DNA of 64,000 bases, taken from a virus. Below are positions 49,167 to 58,564 of the stretch, piece by piece (position 1 is the stretch's first letter; every line of letters starts with the position of its first letter). Position numbers and translations under genes: made by a program. Under the pieces are notes generated by a model, which had not been told where the DNA came from, did no database searches, and saw only the letters and a program-made list of their open reading frames with translations. The DNA lies in the IMG/VR virus record IMGVR_UViG_3300020424_000652; one strand, written 5' to 3'.

Positions 49167-49174
49167 AATACTAT

Positions 49175-50929
49175 TTATACTCCTGCTGGTGGTGTTGCTC
49201 CGCCTCCAGGTGCTCCTCCGCCTGTTGCTGTGTCCGGTGGTGTTGCTGATCCACCATCTACTGGTGCTGGTTCTTCACCTGCCGCAACGTCTTCACCTGC
49301 TCCTGCTCCACCTAAGTCTGCACCAATACCTGCGGCACTAACTCCTCCGCCACGTAATTCACCTGCGGCGTCTGTTGGTGGTGGAGTGATGTTTTCATCA
49401 TTTTCTTCACGCCATAGTCTTTCGTTATCAGCAAGTTCTTCTTCAGTCAAGCCTAAGAAACGTTTTAGTGCAAATCTATTTGATATGTAAGGTATTGCAC
49501 TCATTTGTGTGTAAGTCGGTACTCTTGCATTATCAATTTCACTTTGTCTGTAAGCGGCAAAGTTTTGTGGTGTTTGGAATCTTAAATCAAACATAGCAGT
49601 ATCAATGTTGATACCTTTTTCAATCATGTAACGTTTAAATTCTTGATTTACTTCTTCAACTACTAAATTTTGTAGTCTTTCACAGTATGTATTGAATCTT
49701 AATTCTTGTATGTATGCAGTTCCAACTCTACCATCTTGAAACTGTGTTGCACCATCATCTGGTCCTGTTGGCAAGTAAGAACTTGGAATACGTAAACCTC
49801 TAACAAGTTTGTTAGTAAAGTATTTCAAGTCATCAATCTCACCTAAGTTTGTACCACCTGGTAATGTTTCAACCTTAGATCCTCTTCCTTCTGCTGTTTG
49901 TGGAAAGAAGTAATCCTCATTGATTGATAATGGATTGTATGCACTATCAATAACATTTTGTCCGCCACCTGTTGCACTAGGTATACGTCTTTGATGTATA
50001 TCTGTTTTAACACGTTCTACAAATTGCATAGCCAAGTGTGATGGCATATTACCTACATCAACGTAAAATACTCTACGTTCCGGAGCTCTTTGTACACGAT
50101 AAATTATAATTGCATCTTCAAGTAATTCTTTTTGTTTGTATACTTTAAATATTGATTCTAATAAACTGTTACCAAAAGGAAAGTTGTTGTCTAATCCTTC
50201 TGATAAACTTAGATGCACAACATTCTCAGCATCAACGGCAATCTCTTGCACATCTTTTTGAAATCTTCCGCCTTGCATTCCTTGATTAGGAGCACCAACA
50301 TAACCACGAACACCACCTTGCATATAACCACTGCCACCACCTGTAACGTTACCTGTTGTTTGATGTGGAGTTGTTGCAACAGCATCTTTGAAATTCAAGT
50401 TCATGTTTCTAATGATGTATTGCTCAGGCTTTTTGCCTTGTGATTCGTTTACAATGATACGTGATACGTTTACTGGATCAATGTAAAACCATCTTTTAGT
50501 TTCTGGATCTCTAATAAAGAAAGCATCACCATATTTGAAAATGTTACGCATGATACGAAACATCTTGGTTTCAAAGTTTTGTATCTTGCACCATTGTTGT
50601 AAGTATAGTTTAAGTGTCTGTACTTCTGAATTCGTTGCTTTTTGTTTGAAGTCAATTATAAAAGGCGTGTTGTTGCTTTTATTTTTTTGTGTTGTAAATT
50701 CTGCTAAAATATCAAGTGCGGCATTAACTTCTGAGTCTAAGTCCATTGTGTTGTATTGACCATAACGTTCAACACGATTAGGACTACCTACATATACATC
50801 TGGTAGATAAGAAGAATAGTTTGCTTGGGCTGGACCCATGCCTGAACTGCCAGTGCCTCCTAAAGGACTGTAATTGCCAGATCCACCTTCTTCTGTTTTT
50901 ACCGGATTGAAATATCTTTTCCAACTCAT
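49175..50929 (-). CDS. gp20: Portal vertex protein (T4 gp20 family)
   Basis: LLEDAIIIYRVQRAPERRVFYVDVGNMP, EDYFFP...GRGSKVETLPGG.NLGEIDD, LRIPSS, ELRF. Confidence 0.95.
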   Translation of the reverse strand: MSWKRYFNPVKTEEGGSGNYSPLGGTGSSGMGPAQANYSSYLPDVYVGSPNRVERYGQYNTMDLDSEVNAALDILAEFTTQKNKSNNTPFIIDFKQKATNSEVQTLKLYLQQWCKIQNFETKMFRIMRNIFKYGDAFFIRDPETKRWFYIDPVNVSRIIVNESQGKKPEQYIIRNMNLNFKDAVATTPHQTTGNVTGGGSGYMQGGVRGYVGAPNQGMQGGRFQKDVQEIAVDAENVVHLSLSEGLDNNFPFGNSLLESIFKVYKQKELLEDAIIIYRVQRAPERRVFYVDVGNMPSHLAMQFVERVKTDIHQRRIPSATGGGQNVIDSAYNPLSINEDYFFPQTAEGRGSKVETLPGGTNLGEIDDLKYFTNKLVRGLRIPSSYLPTGPDDGATQFQDGRVGTAYIQELRFNTYCERLQNLVVEEVNQEFKRYMIEKGINIDTAMFDLRFQTPQNFAAYRQSEIDNARVPTYTQMSAIPYISNRFALKRFLGLTEEELADNERLWREENDENITPPPTDAAGELRGGGVSAAGIGADLGGAGAGEDVAAGEEPAPVDGGSATPPDTATGGGAPGGGATPPAGV

Positions 50930-50937
50930 TTATTTTC

Positions 50938-53541
50938 CTATGCCAAATTGTCAGCAGTATCTCTTGACGTACTTGCTATCTTTCTTAATTCTGCTAACAT
51001 CATTTGTACACTATTATTTAACTGATCTAGCTTATCTGCGGCACCCTTCTGGCCTTCACCAAAAGCAGTAAAGTTACTTGTCAAGTTTGCTTTGGTTTCT
51101 GAATCCATTTTACTGTACTGTTCTTGGTATTCACCTAATTGTTTTGTAAGTTCTGTAAGTGACTTGGACACGTTTCGTAAATTGGCTCCGTCCATTTTTT
51201 CGATAAAGTTTGCAATACCTTGTAAACCTTCACCAATTGCTTTTAATCCTTGTGCATCAACGTCAGCAAATTCTTTTACATCTTCTGCAAGATCTGATAT
51301 ACTACCCGAACTGCCTCCAAATAAACTTCCTAATGCTTTACTGATACTGTCAAGCACACCGTCTCCTGTGAATGCACTCATTCCTTTGTGTAAACTTGTT
51401 AAGGCAGGTCCAACTGCGTGTAATTTGGTTGGATCAACACTTTCAAATTCTCTAATACCATTTGCAAGATTTTCAAAAGCACCAGAACCAACAAAGTTTG
51501 CAACAATACCACCTTTGGCAAGATCCATGATTGGACCTGTAAGTTCTTTAAGTCCGCCACCTACAAGTTTAAGTTGGTCTGCATCAAGGTCTTCGAACTT
51601 CTTGGCTCCGTCAGCTAGATTGCCTACTGCATTCGTTATGGCATTGATAAGCATGGATATACCACCTGCCGCAACACCTATTCCTGCAAACGCGGCACCA
51701 ATTGCTAATAGTCCTGGTGACGCCGCCGCGGCTGGTCCTGCCAATGCCGTTAGGGCTAATCCTATTCCGCCTAATACTAATGCAAGTCCTACTCCACCTA
51801 TAACAAGATATTTGCCGATGTCCTTGAACGCATCAACTATTGGAGATAGTATGCCTCCACTACTTTGTCCTTCTGATGATTGGGATCCTCCTGGATTACT
51901 TGGATCTCTTGCTTCTGCTGGCGCACCAAACAATAATTTTTTGATCGGAGCAAATATGTATTTGTCAACTAGTTCTTTAAAGTCTAGTTTGCCAAGGTCA
52001 GCCATGAACCCATCTAGGAATGTGTTAAACTTGCCGATGTATTCCTGGATCAAGTCTAACCCTTTGCTGTTCATAAAATCTGTAAATTTGTTTTGTAGCT
52101 TACCCATAATCTCTGCAAACTTATCAAATAAGCCACTATCAAGTAATTGATTAAAGATTTTATTTCTTATTTTTTGTATTGCTTCTTCAAAGTTAAGTAA
52201 AGCTCTTTGTACATTTTGCTGTGCTTCAAGCTGTTCTGCTCTTGCGTCTGCATCCATGCCTGCAATCTTACCTGCTTTTGCTAAATCCAAGACTGAATCA
52301 AAAAGTGTAACACCCATTGTTTTTTGTGTGGCAATGTTTTGACCTTCTACCGCTAATCTTTCCTGTGCCCTTTTCTGACTTTGTTGTAAAATTTTTGTAA
52401 ACTCATCTTGGTCAATAGCACCAGATGCCAAGTCTTTAGATGCTTGGACAACTTCTGGCATCATTGCCGCAATACTTTCACCCATTTCACTCATCGGTAC
52501 ACCACCACTTGCTACCAACTCAGTGATTCCATCTTTGAATGCTGGTCCTACGTTTCCTAATGCAACAAAAGTTCCTTCAAGATTTTCCTTGATAGCAGGA
52601 TCAACTGCCGCCAACAAAGCCTGCACTCTTTTGTCATTCATTTGTTCTCTCAATGCTTCAGCGGCCTGTTTTCTTGACATACCTGTAATTTTTGAAAGTC
52701 TGTCCAACTGCATTATGTATTGATTTGTACCTGCGGCTAATTGTTTTGCATTTCTGCCTTCAACTCCACCTCTCATCTTTTGCAGTTCTAAGTAATCATT
52801 TGTAAATTCTGCAACCTGTTCATTGCTTATACCAAGTGCATTCAAACCTTTAATGTTTGGTTGCATTTCTCTACTTAAATTTGTAAATGCCCTTGCACCA
52901 GCTGTTGCTCCTCCAAACAATGCCGCAAGATTGTTAGATCCATCTGATAATGCTCCAGCAAATGTTTCAAGGTTAAATGATGTTTGTGTGGCCATTTTTT
53001 GTACTTCAAACAATCCGCCACCAAAGTCAATACCAGCATCACTTAGATTTCTAAATGAATCTATACTCATGTCTATAAAATTGACCAATGATTGTACAGC
53101 ACCTCCTAGCATAGGTCCAAGTAAAGGTATTGTACTGATCAGTCCTGTGACGTGTTGTGAGAAATCACTGAGCCTATTTCCGCCCATTAATAATTCTTTG
53201 CCCAATGCTCCTATTGAAGCACCTGCGTTGGTAAGTCCACCAATAAGCATACCACCAACCCTTGAAGCCATGTTGCCCAATTTTTTGAGTGCGCCTGTTG
53301 TATCTTTTCCAGCCTGACCTAGACCTTTTGTTGCTTCAGTGGTTTGTTTTGTTGCTTTTGTTTGGGCCTTATTGGCTCCTATCATGCCCTTGGCATTGGC
53401 TCCATCAAAGGCACCCTGAGCTCCACCCGTATTACCGCCCTGCCCAGAAATGGCCTTTAAAAGTAGCTGTAATGTGGCTTCTGAAGCGGCGTTTGACGTA
53501 ACACCGTCCATTCCTCCGCCTTGATAAGTAACTTGAACCAT
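50938..53541 (-). CDS. Tape-measure-like protein
   Basis: 867-aa helical A/G-rich protein with hydrophobic segments, LDRLSKITGMSRKQ; divergent from the gp26-like gene. Confidence 0.65.
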   Translation of the reverse strand: MVQVTYQGGGMDGVTSNAASEATLQLLLKAISGQGGNTGGAQGAFDGANAKGMIGANKAQTKATKQTTEATKGLGQAGKDTTGALKKLGNMASRVGGMLIGGLTNAGASIGALGKELLMGGNRLSDFSQHVTGLISTIPLLGPMLGGAVQSLVNFIDMSIDSFRNLSDAGIDFGGGLFEVQKMATQTSFNLETFAGALSDGSNNLAALFGGATAGARAFTNLSREMQPNIKGLNALGISNEQVAEFTNDYLELQKMRGGVEGRNAKQLAAGTNQYIMQLDRLSKITGMSRKQAAEALREQMNDKRVQALLAAVDPAIKENLEGTFVALGNVGPAFKDGITELVASGGVPMSEMGESIAAMMPEVVQASKDLASGAIDQDEFTKILQQSQKRAQERLAVEGQNIATQKTMGVTLFDSVLDLAKAGKIAGMDADARAEQLEAQQNVQRALLNFEEAIQKIRNKIFNQLLDSGLFDKFAEIMGKLQNKFTDFMNSKGLDLIQEYIGKFNTFLDGFMADLGKLDFKELVDKYIFAPIKKLLFGAPAEARDPSNPGGSQSSEGQSSGGILSPIVDAFKDIGKYLVIGGVGLALVLGGIGLALTALAGPAAAASPGLLAIGAAFAGIGVAAGGISMLINAITNAVGNLADGAKKFEDLDADQLKLVGGGLKELTGPIMDLAKGGIVANFVGSGAFENLANGIREFESVDPTKLHAVGPALTSLHKGMSAFTGDGVLDSISKALGSLFGGSSGSISDLAEDVKEFADVDAQGLKAIGEGLQGIANFIEKMDGANLRNVSKSLTELTKQLGEYQEQYSKMDSETKANLTSNFTAFGEGQKGAADKLDQLNNSVQMMLAELRKIASTSRDTADNLA

Positions 53542-53569
53542 ATATTAAAACCCGATATAACTCCAACTC

Positions 53570-53602
53570 ATAAATATTGCATATGAATACTTTATTATTT
53601 AT
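53570..53602. promoter_or_regulatory. Face-to-face overlapping pair of late promoters
   Basis: ATAAATA on + at 53570-53576 serves the 53615 gene; ATAAATA on - at 53596-53602 serves the 53541 gene. Confidence 0.55.
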
Positions 53603-53614
53603 GCGGAGAAAATC

Positions 53615-54478
53615 ATGCCTAATGTAAAACAAACAGGACCTAATCCGTTACACAAATATTTCAGGCAACCTAAAATATATATCAACTTACCAAGTAATGG
53701 TAATTGGTATCCGGAAGGTGCTATTGAAAAAACGGAGAACAATGAATATCCAGTGTTTGCTATGACGGCCAAAGATGAACTTGCATTCAAAACACCAGAT
53801 GCGTTGCTGAATGGACAATCAGTTGTGACTGTTGTACAGAGCTGTGTTCCAAATATCAAAGATGCGTGGAATATGCCAACCATTGATGTAGATGCTTTAC
53901 TAATCGCAATCAGAATAGCAACATATGGTGAAAAACTTGAAATCAAAACTAAGGTGCCAGTAGCTGGTACTGATAGGGCTTTTGATCTTGATCTAAGAAT
54001 GCTTTTAGACAAGTATCAGAATGTCTCGTATGATTCAACAATGACAACTGGCAATTTGAAGATGACTTTGAAGCCTCAAACATATAGAGAGTTCACAAGA
54101 ACTGCTATCAAGACGTTTGAAGAACAAAGGATCAATGCAGTTGTAAATGATCAAGAAATACCAGATGCAGAAAAATTAGAAAAGTTTGCACAGTCATTTA
54201 ACAAACTAACAAACATTACCATTGACATGGTATCTAATTCTATTGTACAGATTCAAGCTGATGACACAGTGGTTGTTGACAAGAATCACATCGCAGAATT
54301 TATTGCCAAAGGTGATAAATCATTCTTTACTGATGTGGTTGATCATTTGTCAGCTCAAAAAGAAAAGTTTGATGTCAAACCTTTCAACATTGAAACCACA
54401 GCTGAAGAGCGTGAAGCTGGTGCACCTGAATCATTTGAAGTGCCTATTACGTTTGATCAATCAAATTTTTTCGCGTAA
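53615..54478 (+). CDS. Baseplate hub assembly protein (T4 gp26-like)
   Basis: NPLHKYFRQPKIYINLPS, MTAKDE, TPDALLNG, DVDALLIAIRIATYGE; ends in a slippery sequence. Confidence 0.75.
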   Translation: MPNVKQTGPNPLHKYFRQPKIYINLPSNGNWYPEGAIEKTENNEYPVFAMTAKDELAFKTPDALLNGQSVVTVVQSCVPNIKDAWNMPTIDVDALLIAIRIATYGEKLEIKTKVPVAGTDRAFDLDLRMLLDKYQNVSYDSTMTTGNLKMTLKPQTYREFTRTAIKTFEEQRINAVVNDQEIPDAEKLEKFAQSFNKLTNITIDMVSNSIVQIQADDTVVVDKNHIAEFIAKGDKSFFTDVVDHLSAQKEKFDVKPFNIETTAEEREAGAPESFEVPITFDQSNFFA

Positions 54479-54702
54479 GGATCTTAAGTAGGTCTCTCGA
54501 AGAGATCCTAAAAGAAGTTGAAAATTTAGATAACGAGACTAAAAACTTCAAGCTAGAACTTGCAAGACTATGCTGGTATATGCGTGGGGGTGTGACCCTT
54601 GACGAAATGTATGCAGTTGGTCCTGAGGATCGAGAGATATTCGCAAAACTTGTAAAAGAAAATCTAGAAACTGCTAAAAAGACAAATATGCCTTTCTTTT
54701 AG
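54469..54702 (+). CDS. -1 frame extension of the gp26-like gene (gp51-like hub assembly catalyst), probably reached by programmed frameshift
   Basis: Open -1 frame FRVRILSRSLEEILKEVENLDNETKNFKLELARLCWYMRGGVTLDEMYAVGPEDREIFAKLVKENLETAKKTNMPFF* with no ATG/GTG/TTG until 54580. Slippery A_AAT_TTT_TTC at 54463-54472. Confidence 0.65.
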   Translation, partial: FRVRILSRSLEEILKEVENLDNETKNFKLELARLCWYMRGGVTLDEMYAVGPEDREIFAKLVKENLETAKKTNMPFF

Positions 54703-57311
54703 GCTACTTGTTTTTGTGTAAGTTGTGCCTTAACGGCTTTTTGTAATCCAGCATCACTTATTTGACTTGCTAACGTAGGCAAGTCAATTTGCATTCCTGA
54801 ACCAAGGTCTTTTCCAGTACCTGCACTTGCACCTGCTTTAGGTGGTTGACTTAATTGACTTTTAACTTGATCACCTATGCCAGCCTTTTTGATTTGATCA
54901 GCTAGTCCTGGTACATCAACATCCATTCCTGTTGCTTGTTGTCCTTTGGCTGTGCTTGGTGGCTTAGGTTGTTTGCCGCCTATTGCAGTTTTACCTGCTG
55001 TGCCTGGTGGCTTAGGTTGCTTATCACCAATTGCTTTTCCAATGCCGCTCTTAGGAGCATCAACTCCGTCTGCTGGTTTTGTTCCAGGCATCTGTATAAC
55101 TTTGCCTGTCTTGTCGTCTTTGCCATCTTTGTTAGCATCAACTGGTTTTGCAGTAGCGTCAGTTGCCTTTGGATCTTCACCTGGTTTTGCTGTTGCTCCA
55201 CCTGGTGTTGGTGCTTTAGGATCTTCTTCTCCTGCGTCTGGTTTTGCCGCTGGTTTCAAAGGTACCTTTGTGTTTGTTGCTATGGTACCGATGGATTCAT
55301 CTGATAATCCTGCGTCAGATAAAATATTAACAATGGTTCCCATGTCTTTTGGTTTGCCCATCTTGGTCCAAGTCTTCATTAATTTTTCTTTGGTAATTTT
55401 GTTAGCTAATTGTTTTGCTCCGCTTTTAACTGCTCCTGCGGCTTTACCTACAGCACCTGAAACTTTTTCTCCTGCTTTGTCCATAGCATCACCAACCTTG
55501 TTGGCTCCTGCTTTTGCAAGTGCTTTCATTTTATCTAACACTGGACCTTCTTCTAGGTTGTCTTCTAAGAAATCGTTGTAGTCTTCAACTATGCTGTTGT
55601 ATTTTTCTATGTCTATTGATTCTTCTTTTGCATCAGCCTTTTTATCGTCAGCTTTTTTATCGTCTGGTTTGACTTCCATGCCTGCTAATGCGCCACCAAG
55701 TCCAACTGCCGCCGCGGCTTTTACAACATTTTGAGCCATGTCGTCAACTGCTGTTTCCATTGAACCTTTTACTACTGATGATAAAACCTTATCATATAAT
55801 TCATCTGAAAGATCATCTGGTAAATTTTCTAAAGCCTTGTCTAGAGCTTCTGTGTATGGATTAGGACTTACAAATACACTTTTTACTCTATAAACAGGAT
55901 TTCCGTCTGCATCAACACCTTCAATCATTGATTCAACAGTACCTTCATACACAGTTCCGTCTGGTAATGTTTTAGTAACAGTTGACTCCCATGTTTGACC
56001 AACTGTAAGGTCCTCTGGTACACCATCAACTTGTATATCATCACCAGTAATAATTTTATCTGAAGCAGATATTCTCGTTCCTAAGAATTCTTTTTGATCT
56101 ACTGCTCTGTTAAATGCTTGTGCATTTTGTAATGCTTCAATGTCTTCTTCTGTCATACCCGCATCTAACAATTTTTGTGTGTTGTCAGTAATCCATTGGT
56201 TGTCTGGAAAGTCTGCTGAATTTATTCCTGCGGCGTTTAATTCTTCTGCATCAAGTTCAGCTACAACTTCTATATCAGTTGTGTCTGCTACATCAGTACC
56301 TGATGTATCTGTAGTTTTAGTTATTTCAACATCTGTGCCTTCAATACCAAATTCGTCTTGCATAGAATCAATAGCCTGATTCAAGTTTCCACCATCTTCA
56401 CCTGCAAGAGAAAATATCTTGTCGTTAACCTGTTTCAATTGACCTTGTAAAACTTCTTTTGCATCTGAATCAAGATCAGGTGAACGCATCAATTCAGCCA
56501 TTGCACTTCTTGATTGTATAAGTTCTTTGGCCGCATCAGCATCTAGATCAGCCATGCTTGTTGCATCCATGCCGTCAAGTGCCGTTATGTCAATTTCTCC
56601 TGAAGCATCATTTATAAATGTGTTTGTGATCTCTGGAGGTAACAGCTTGTCTAAAGCATCTCCTAATGCACCTGCCGCCGCACCAATTGCCGCACCTTTA
56701 ACGGATTTAGCAACTGCTGTTGACAATTGATCACCTTTCAATGTGTTACTTGCAAGTTTTAAAAAGAAACCAATTGCCGCACCAGATACAACACCACCAC
56801 TTGCAAATGCAAGTACAGAAGTCATTGCACCAATTACAAATGCCGCTTTGGCTGGATTTTCTTTTGCAAAGCCACCATAACCATCGACAACCTTGAGTAT
56901 CTTTTGACCCATTGGGTTGCCTTGAAGTTTTGTTTTTAATTCTGCTTTTAGTTTTTCAAATTGTGCGTCAAAGTTTTTTACAGGGCCACTGTTCTGTGCC
57001 GCTTTCAATAATTGATCTATCTGTGCTTGTAATTTTTTTGCTTGATCGCCAACAACACCTGCGGCCTTGCCTAGTGCAGTTTTGTTATCGCCACTTTGTA
57101 CAGCAACCTTTTCTGCGTTTGTAAAGATGCCATCAATTTGTTTGTCAGTAAGTTCTGCTTCAAATAGTGTGTTGATGCTTTCAACTAATGGCCAAACATC
57201 CTTTTCCCATTTTCCAATATAAATGCGTTGTGCTTCTGTTAGCTCTTGCCAACCTTCCGCAAGTATTGTTTTTGATTTTAAATTATAAGATGTAACTTCA
57301 CCTAGTCGCAT
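54699..57311 (-). CDS. Large hypothetical protein, candidate internal head/ejection protein
   Basis: 870 aa; MRLGE N-terminus, hydrophobic hairpin AAFVIGAMTSVLAFASGGVVSGAAIGFFL, acidic middle, P/K/G-rich duplicated tail. Confidence 0.55.
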   Translation of the reverse strand: MRLGEVTSYNLKSKTILAEGWQELTEAQRIYIGKWEKDVWPLVESINTLFEAELTDKQIDGIFTNAEKVAVQSGDNKTALGKAAGVVGDQAKKLQAQIDQLLKAAQNSGPVKNFDAQFEKLKAELKTKLQGNPMGQKILKVVDGYGGFAKENPAKAAFVIGAMTSVLAFASGGVVSGAAIGFFLKLASNTLKGDQLSTAVAKSVKGAAIGAAAGALGDALDKLLPPEITNTFINDASGEIDITALDGMDATSMADLDADAAKELIQSRSAMAELMRSPDLDSDAKEVLQGQLKQVNDKIFSLAGEDGGNLNQAIDSMQDEFGIEGTDVEITKTTDTSGTDVADTTDIEVVAELDAEELNAAGINSADFPDNQWITDNTQKLLDAGMTEEDIEALQNAQAFNRAVDQKEFLGTRISASDKIITGDDIQVDGVPEDLTVGQTWESTVTKTLPDGTVYEGTVESMIEGVDADGNPVYRVKSVFVSPNPYTEALDKALENLPDDLSDELYDKVLSSVVKGSMETAVDDMAQNVVKAAAAVGLGGALAGMEVKPDDKKADDKKADAKEESIDIEKYNSIVEDYNDFLEDNLEEGPVLDKMKALAKAGANKVGDAMDKAGEKVSGAVGKAAGAVKSGAKQLANKITKEKLMKTWTKMGKPKDMGTIVNILSDAGLSDESIGTIATNTKVPLKPAAKPDAGEEDPKAPTPGGATAKPGEDPKATDATAKPVDANKDGKDDKTGKVIQMPGTKPADGVDAPKSGIGKAIGDKQPKPPGTAGKTAIGGKQPKPPSTAKGQQATGMDVDVPGLADQIKKAGIGDQVKSQLSQPPKAGASAGTGKDLGSGMQIDLPTLASQISDAGLQKAVKAQLTQKQVA

Positions 57312-57320
57312 TAAACTTCC

Positions 57321-57887
57321 TTACAATAATTTTACTAGTTCTGCTTTTTGTTGTGCATTCAATCCGTCAAGAGCTTTTTGTATGTTTGCCGGAATAGTTG
57401 CACCACCTTTTGCCGGAGCCGCCGCTTGATCAGTACCTCCTGCTGGCTTATCACCGCCACCGTATTTTTGTCCTAGTGTTTGCGGAGCGTCAGCATCAGT
57501 TCCTGCTTGGGCTTTTCCAAGATCACCTTTGAATGTGTCCTGTGCAGTTTTTTGTAATATATCATCAACCTGTTTAGGAGTAATCTGTCCTTGCAATCCT
57601 TTTAGTCTCGTGGTAGAAAGACCTTGTTTTTGCATGAAGTCCTGTAAGGCATTTACAGATGGTGCTTTAGGATTGCCACCTGTTTGTCCCATATATTGAC
57701 GATATTGAGTGAATATTTCTTTGGCACGTTTGTTTGCGTCAACTTTTCCAGTCATTCCAGCGGCGGTGCCTTTGGCACCCACGGCGCCAGCCACTTTTGC
57801 GCCTACTTTACGTGCTATGTTACCTAATGCACTACCACCAGGAGCTTCGTTAACTGCATCTGTGCTTGTTATTTGCGTTATTTTCAT
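57321..57887 (-). CDS. Hypothetical late protein, candidate internal head protein
   Basis: 188 aa, MKITQI...NEAPGG; TATAAATA at 57910-57917 and AGGAG SD. Confidence 0.6.
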   Translation of the reverse strand: MKITQITSTDAVNEAPGGSALGNIARKVGAKVAGAVGAKGTAAGMTGKVDANKRAKEIFTQYRQYMGQTGGNPKAPSVNALQDFMQKQGLSTTRLKGLQGQITPKQVDDILQKTAQDTFKGDLGKAQAGTDADAPQTLGQKYGGGDKPAGGTDQAAAPAKGGATIPANIQKALDGLNAQQKAELVKLL

Positions 57888-57951
57888 GGTTTACTCTCCT
57901 GTTACTTTATATTTATACATAATTCATCGACTGTACCCCGTAAATATTGTA

Positions 57952-58146
57952 ATGCCTCAGACGAGATATAATGTTTTTGAGAAAGGCAACTCAGAACCCT
58001 TAACACAATGTAGCGATATGCACGAAGCGGATATTGTTATACAACAGTTAAAGGATGCCAATCCACACAAAGAATATGTAGTGGAACCTGTTGTTGTCTA
58101 CGATAGTGATGCTTTTCGTTATGGACGCGATCCGGAATTGCATTAG
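57952..58146 (+). CDS. Small hypothetical protein (64 aa)
   Basis: ATG 57952 lies just downstream of a TAAATA motif (57941-57946); MPQTRYNVFEKG...GRDPELH. Confidence 0.5.
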   Translation: MPQTRYNVFEKGNSEPLTQCSDMHEADIVIQQLKDANPHKEYVVEPVVVYDSDAFRYGRDPELH

Positions 58147-58147
58147 T

Positions 58148-58560
58148 AGTTGAGCTAAAGCTCAACTTTGTTTTCGTTGTCACTCAAACAATTTTATTAT
58201 ATGAAATAAGTTGCGAAGCAACTGCTATCATGTAGATAGTTGAGCCATACTTCGCCCGTCTCCGGGCAAAGCAATGATGCCATCATGTAAGATGAGCTTA
58301 CCATCTTAACTAAGAAGATTGCATTTCTGCATGGAGGCGGTAACCCGTCAACCCCCTACTTCAGCCTTCGCATAAGTTACGGAATATTAACACACCCTAG
58401 TTAAGCAAAGTGTGTTAACATTGTGGTTGCTTTTTCTCAGAGCCACGATCTTTTAATACCTAAGTTAGTATCAACCTTGCAACGCACCAGTTCCAGTCAT
58501 AAGATCAGTATGACCTCAAGGTGAGTCGAGCTATCCCGACCAAACAATGTTGCTATATAG
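58148..58560 (-). ncRNA. Candidate ~410-nt highly structured non-coding RNA/DNA element
   Basis: No ORF. More than ten stem-loops, including a 15-bp stem (58384-58421), GAAA and GAGA tetraloops and G-U pairs on the minus strand, and a possible loop-distal pairing. Confidence 0.65.
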
Positions 58561-58564
58561 AATT

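Larger units (their letters stand above)
14366..57917 (-). promoter_or_regulatory. Dispersed gp55-type late promoters, consensus (N)ATAAATA
   Basis: Minus-strand ATAAATA at 14366, 24211, 25340, 32022, 39693, 41186, 43815, 49172, 53596 and 57910, each in an intergenic position upstream of a structural gene. The T4 late consensus is TATAAATA. Confidence 0.75.

Noticed and set aside
45457-52150. Long + strand ORFs (45847-46539, 47475-48122, 51092-52150 and others)
   Set aside because: Antisense shadows of well-supported head and tape-measure genes; Ser/Phe/Pro-rich mirror composition and no SD.
54222-54491. 89-aa overlapping +1 frame ORF at the end of the gp26-like gene
   Set aside because: It stops 13 nt after the main stop and has no SD; the -1 frame, not this one, fills the downstream gap.
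57709-57951. N-terminal extension of the 57709-58146 ORF
   Set aside because: It overlaps the opposite-strand 188-aa gene and its promoter; ATG 57952 is more plausible.
58148-58560. Group I/II intron, RNase P or HEARO assignment for the structured element
   Set aside because: No interrupted host gene, no recognisable P7 or domain V core, no GAGGAAAGUCC, and the adjacent protein is GIY-YIG rather than HNH/RuvC.
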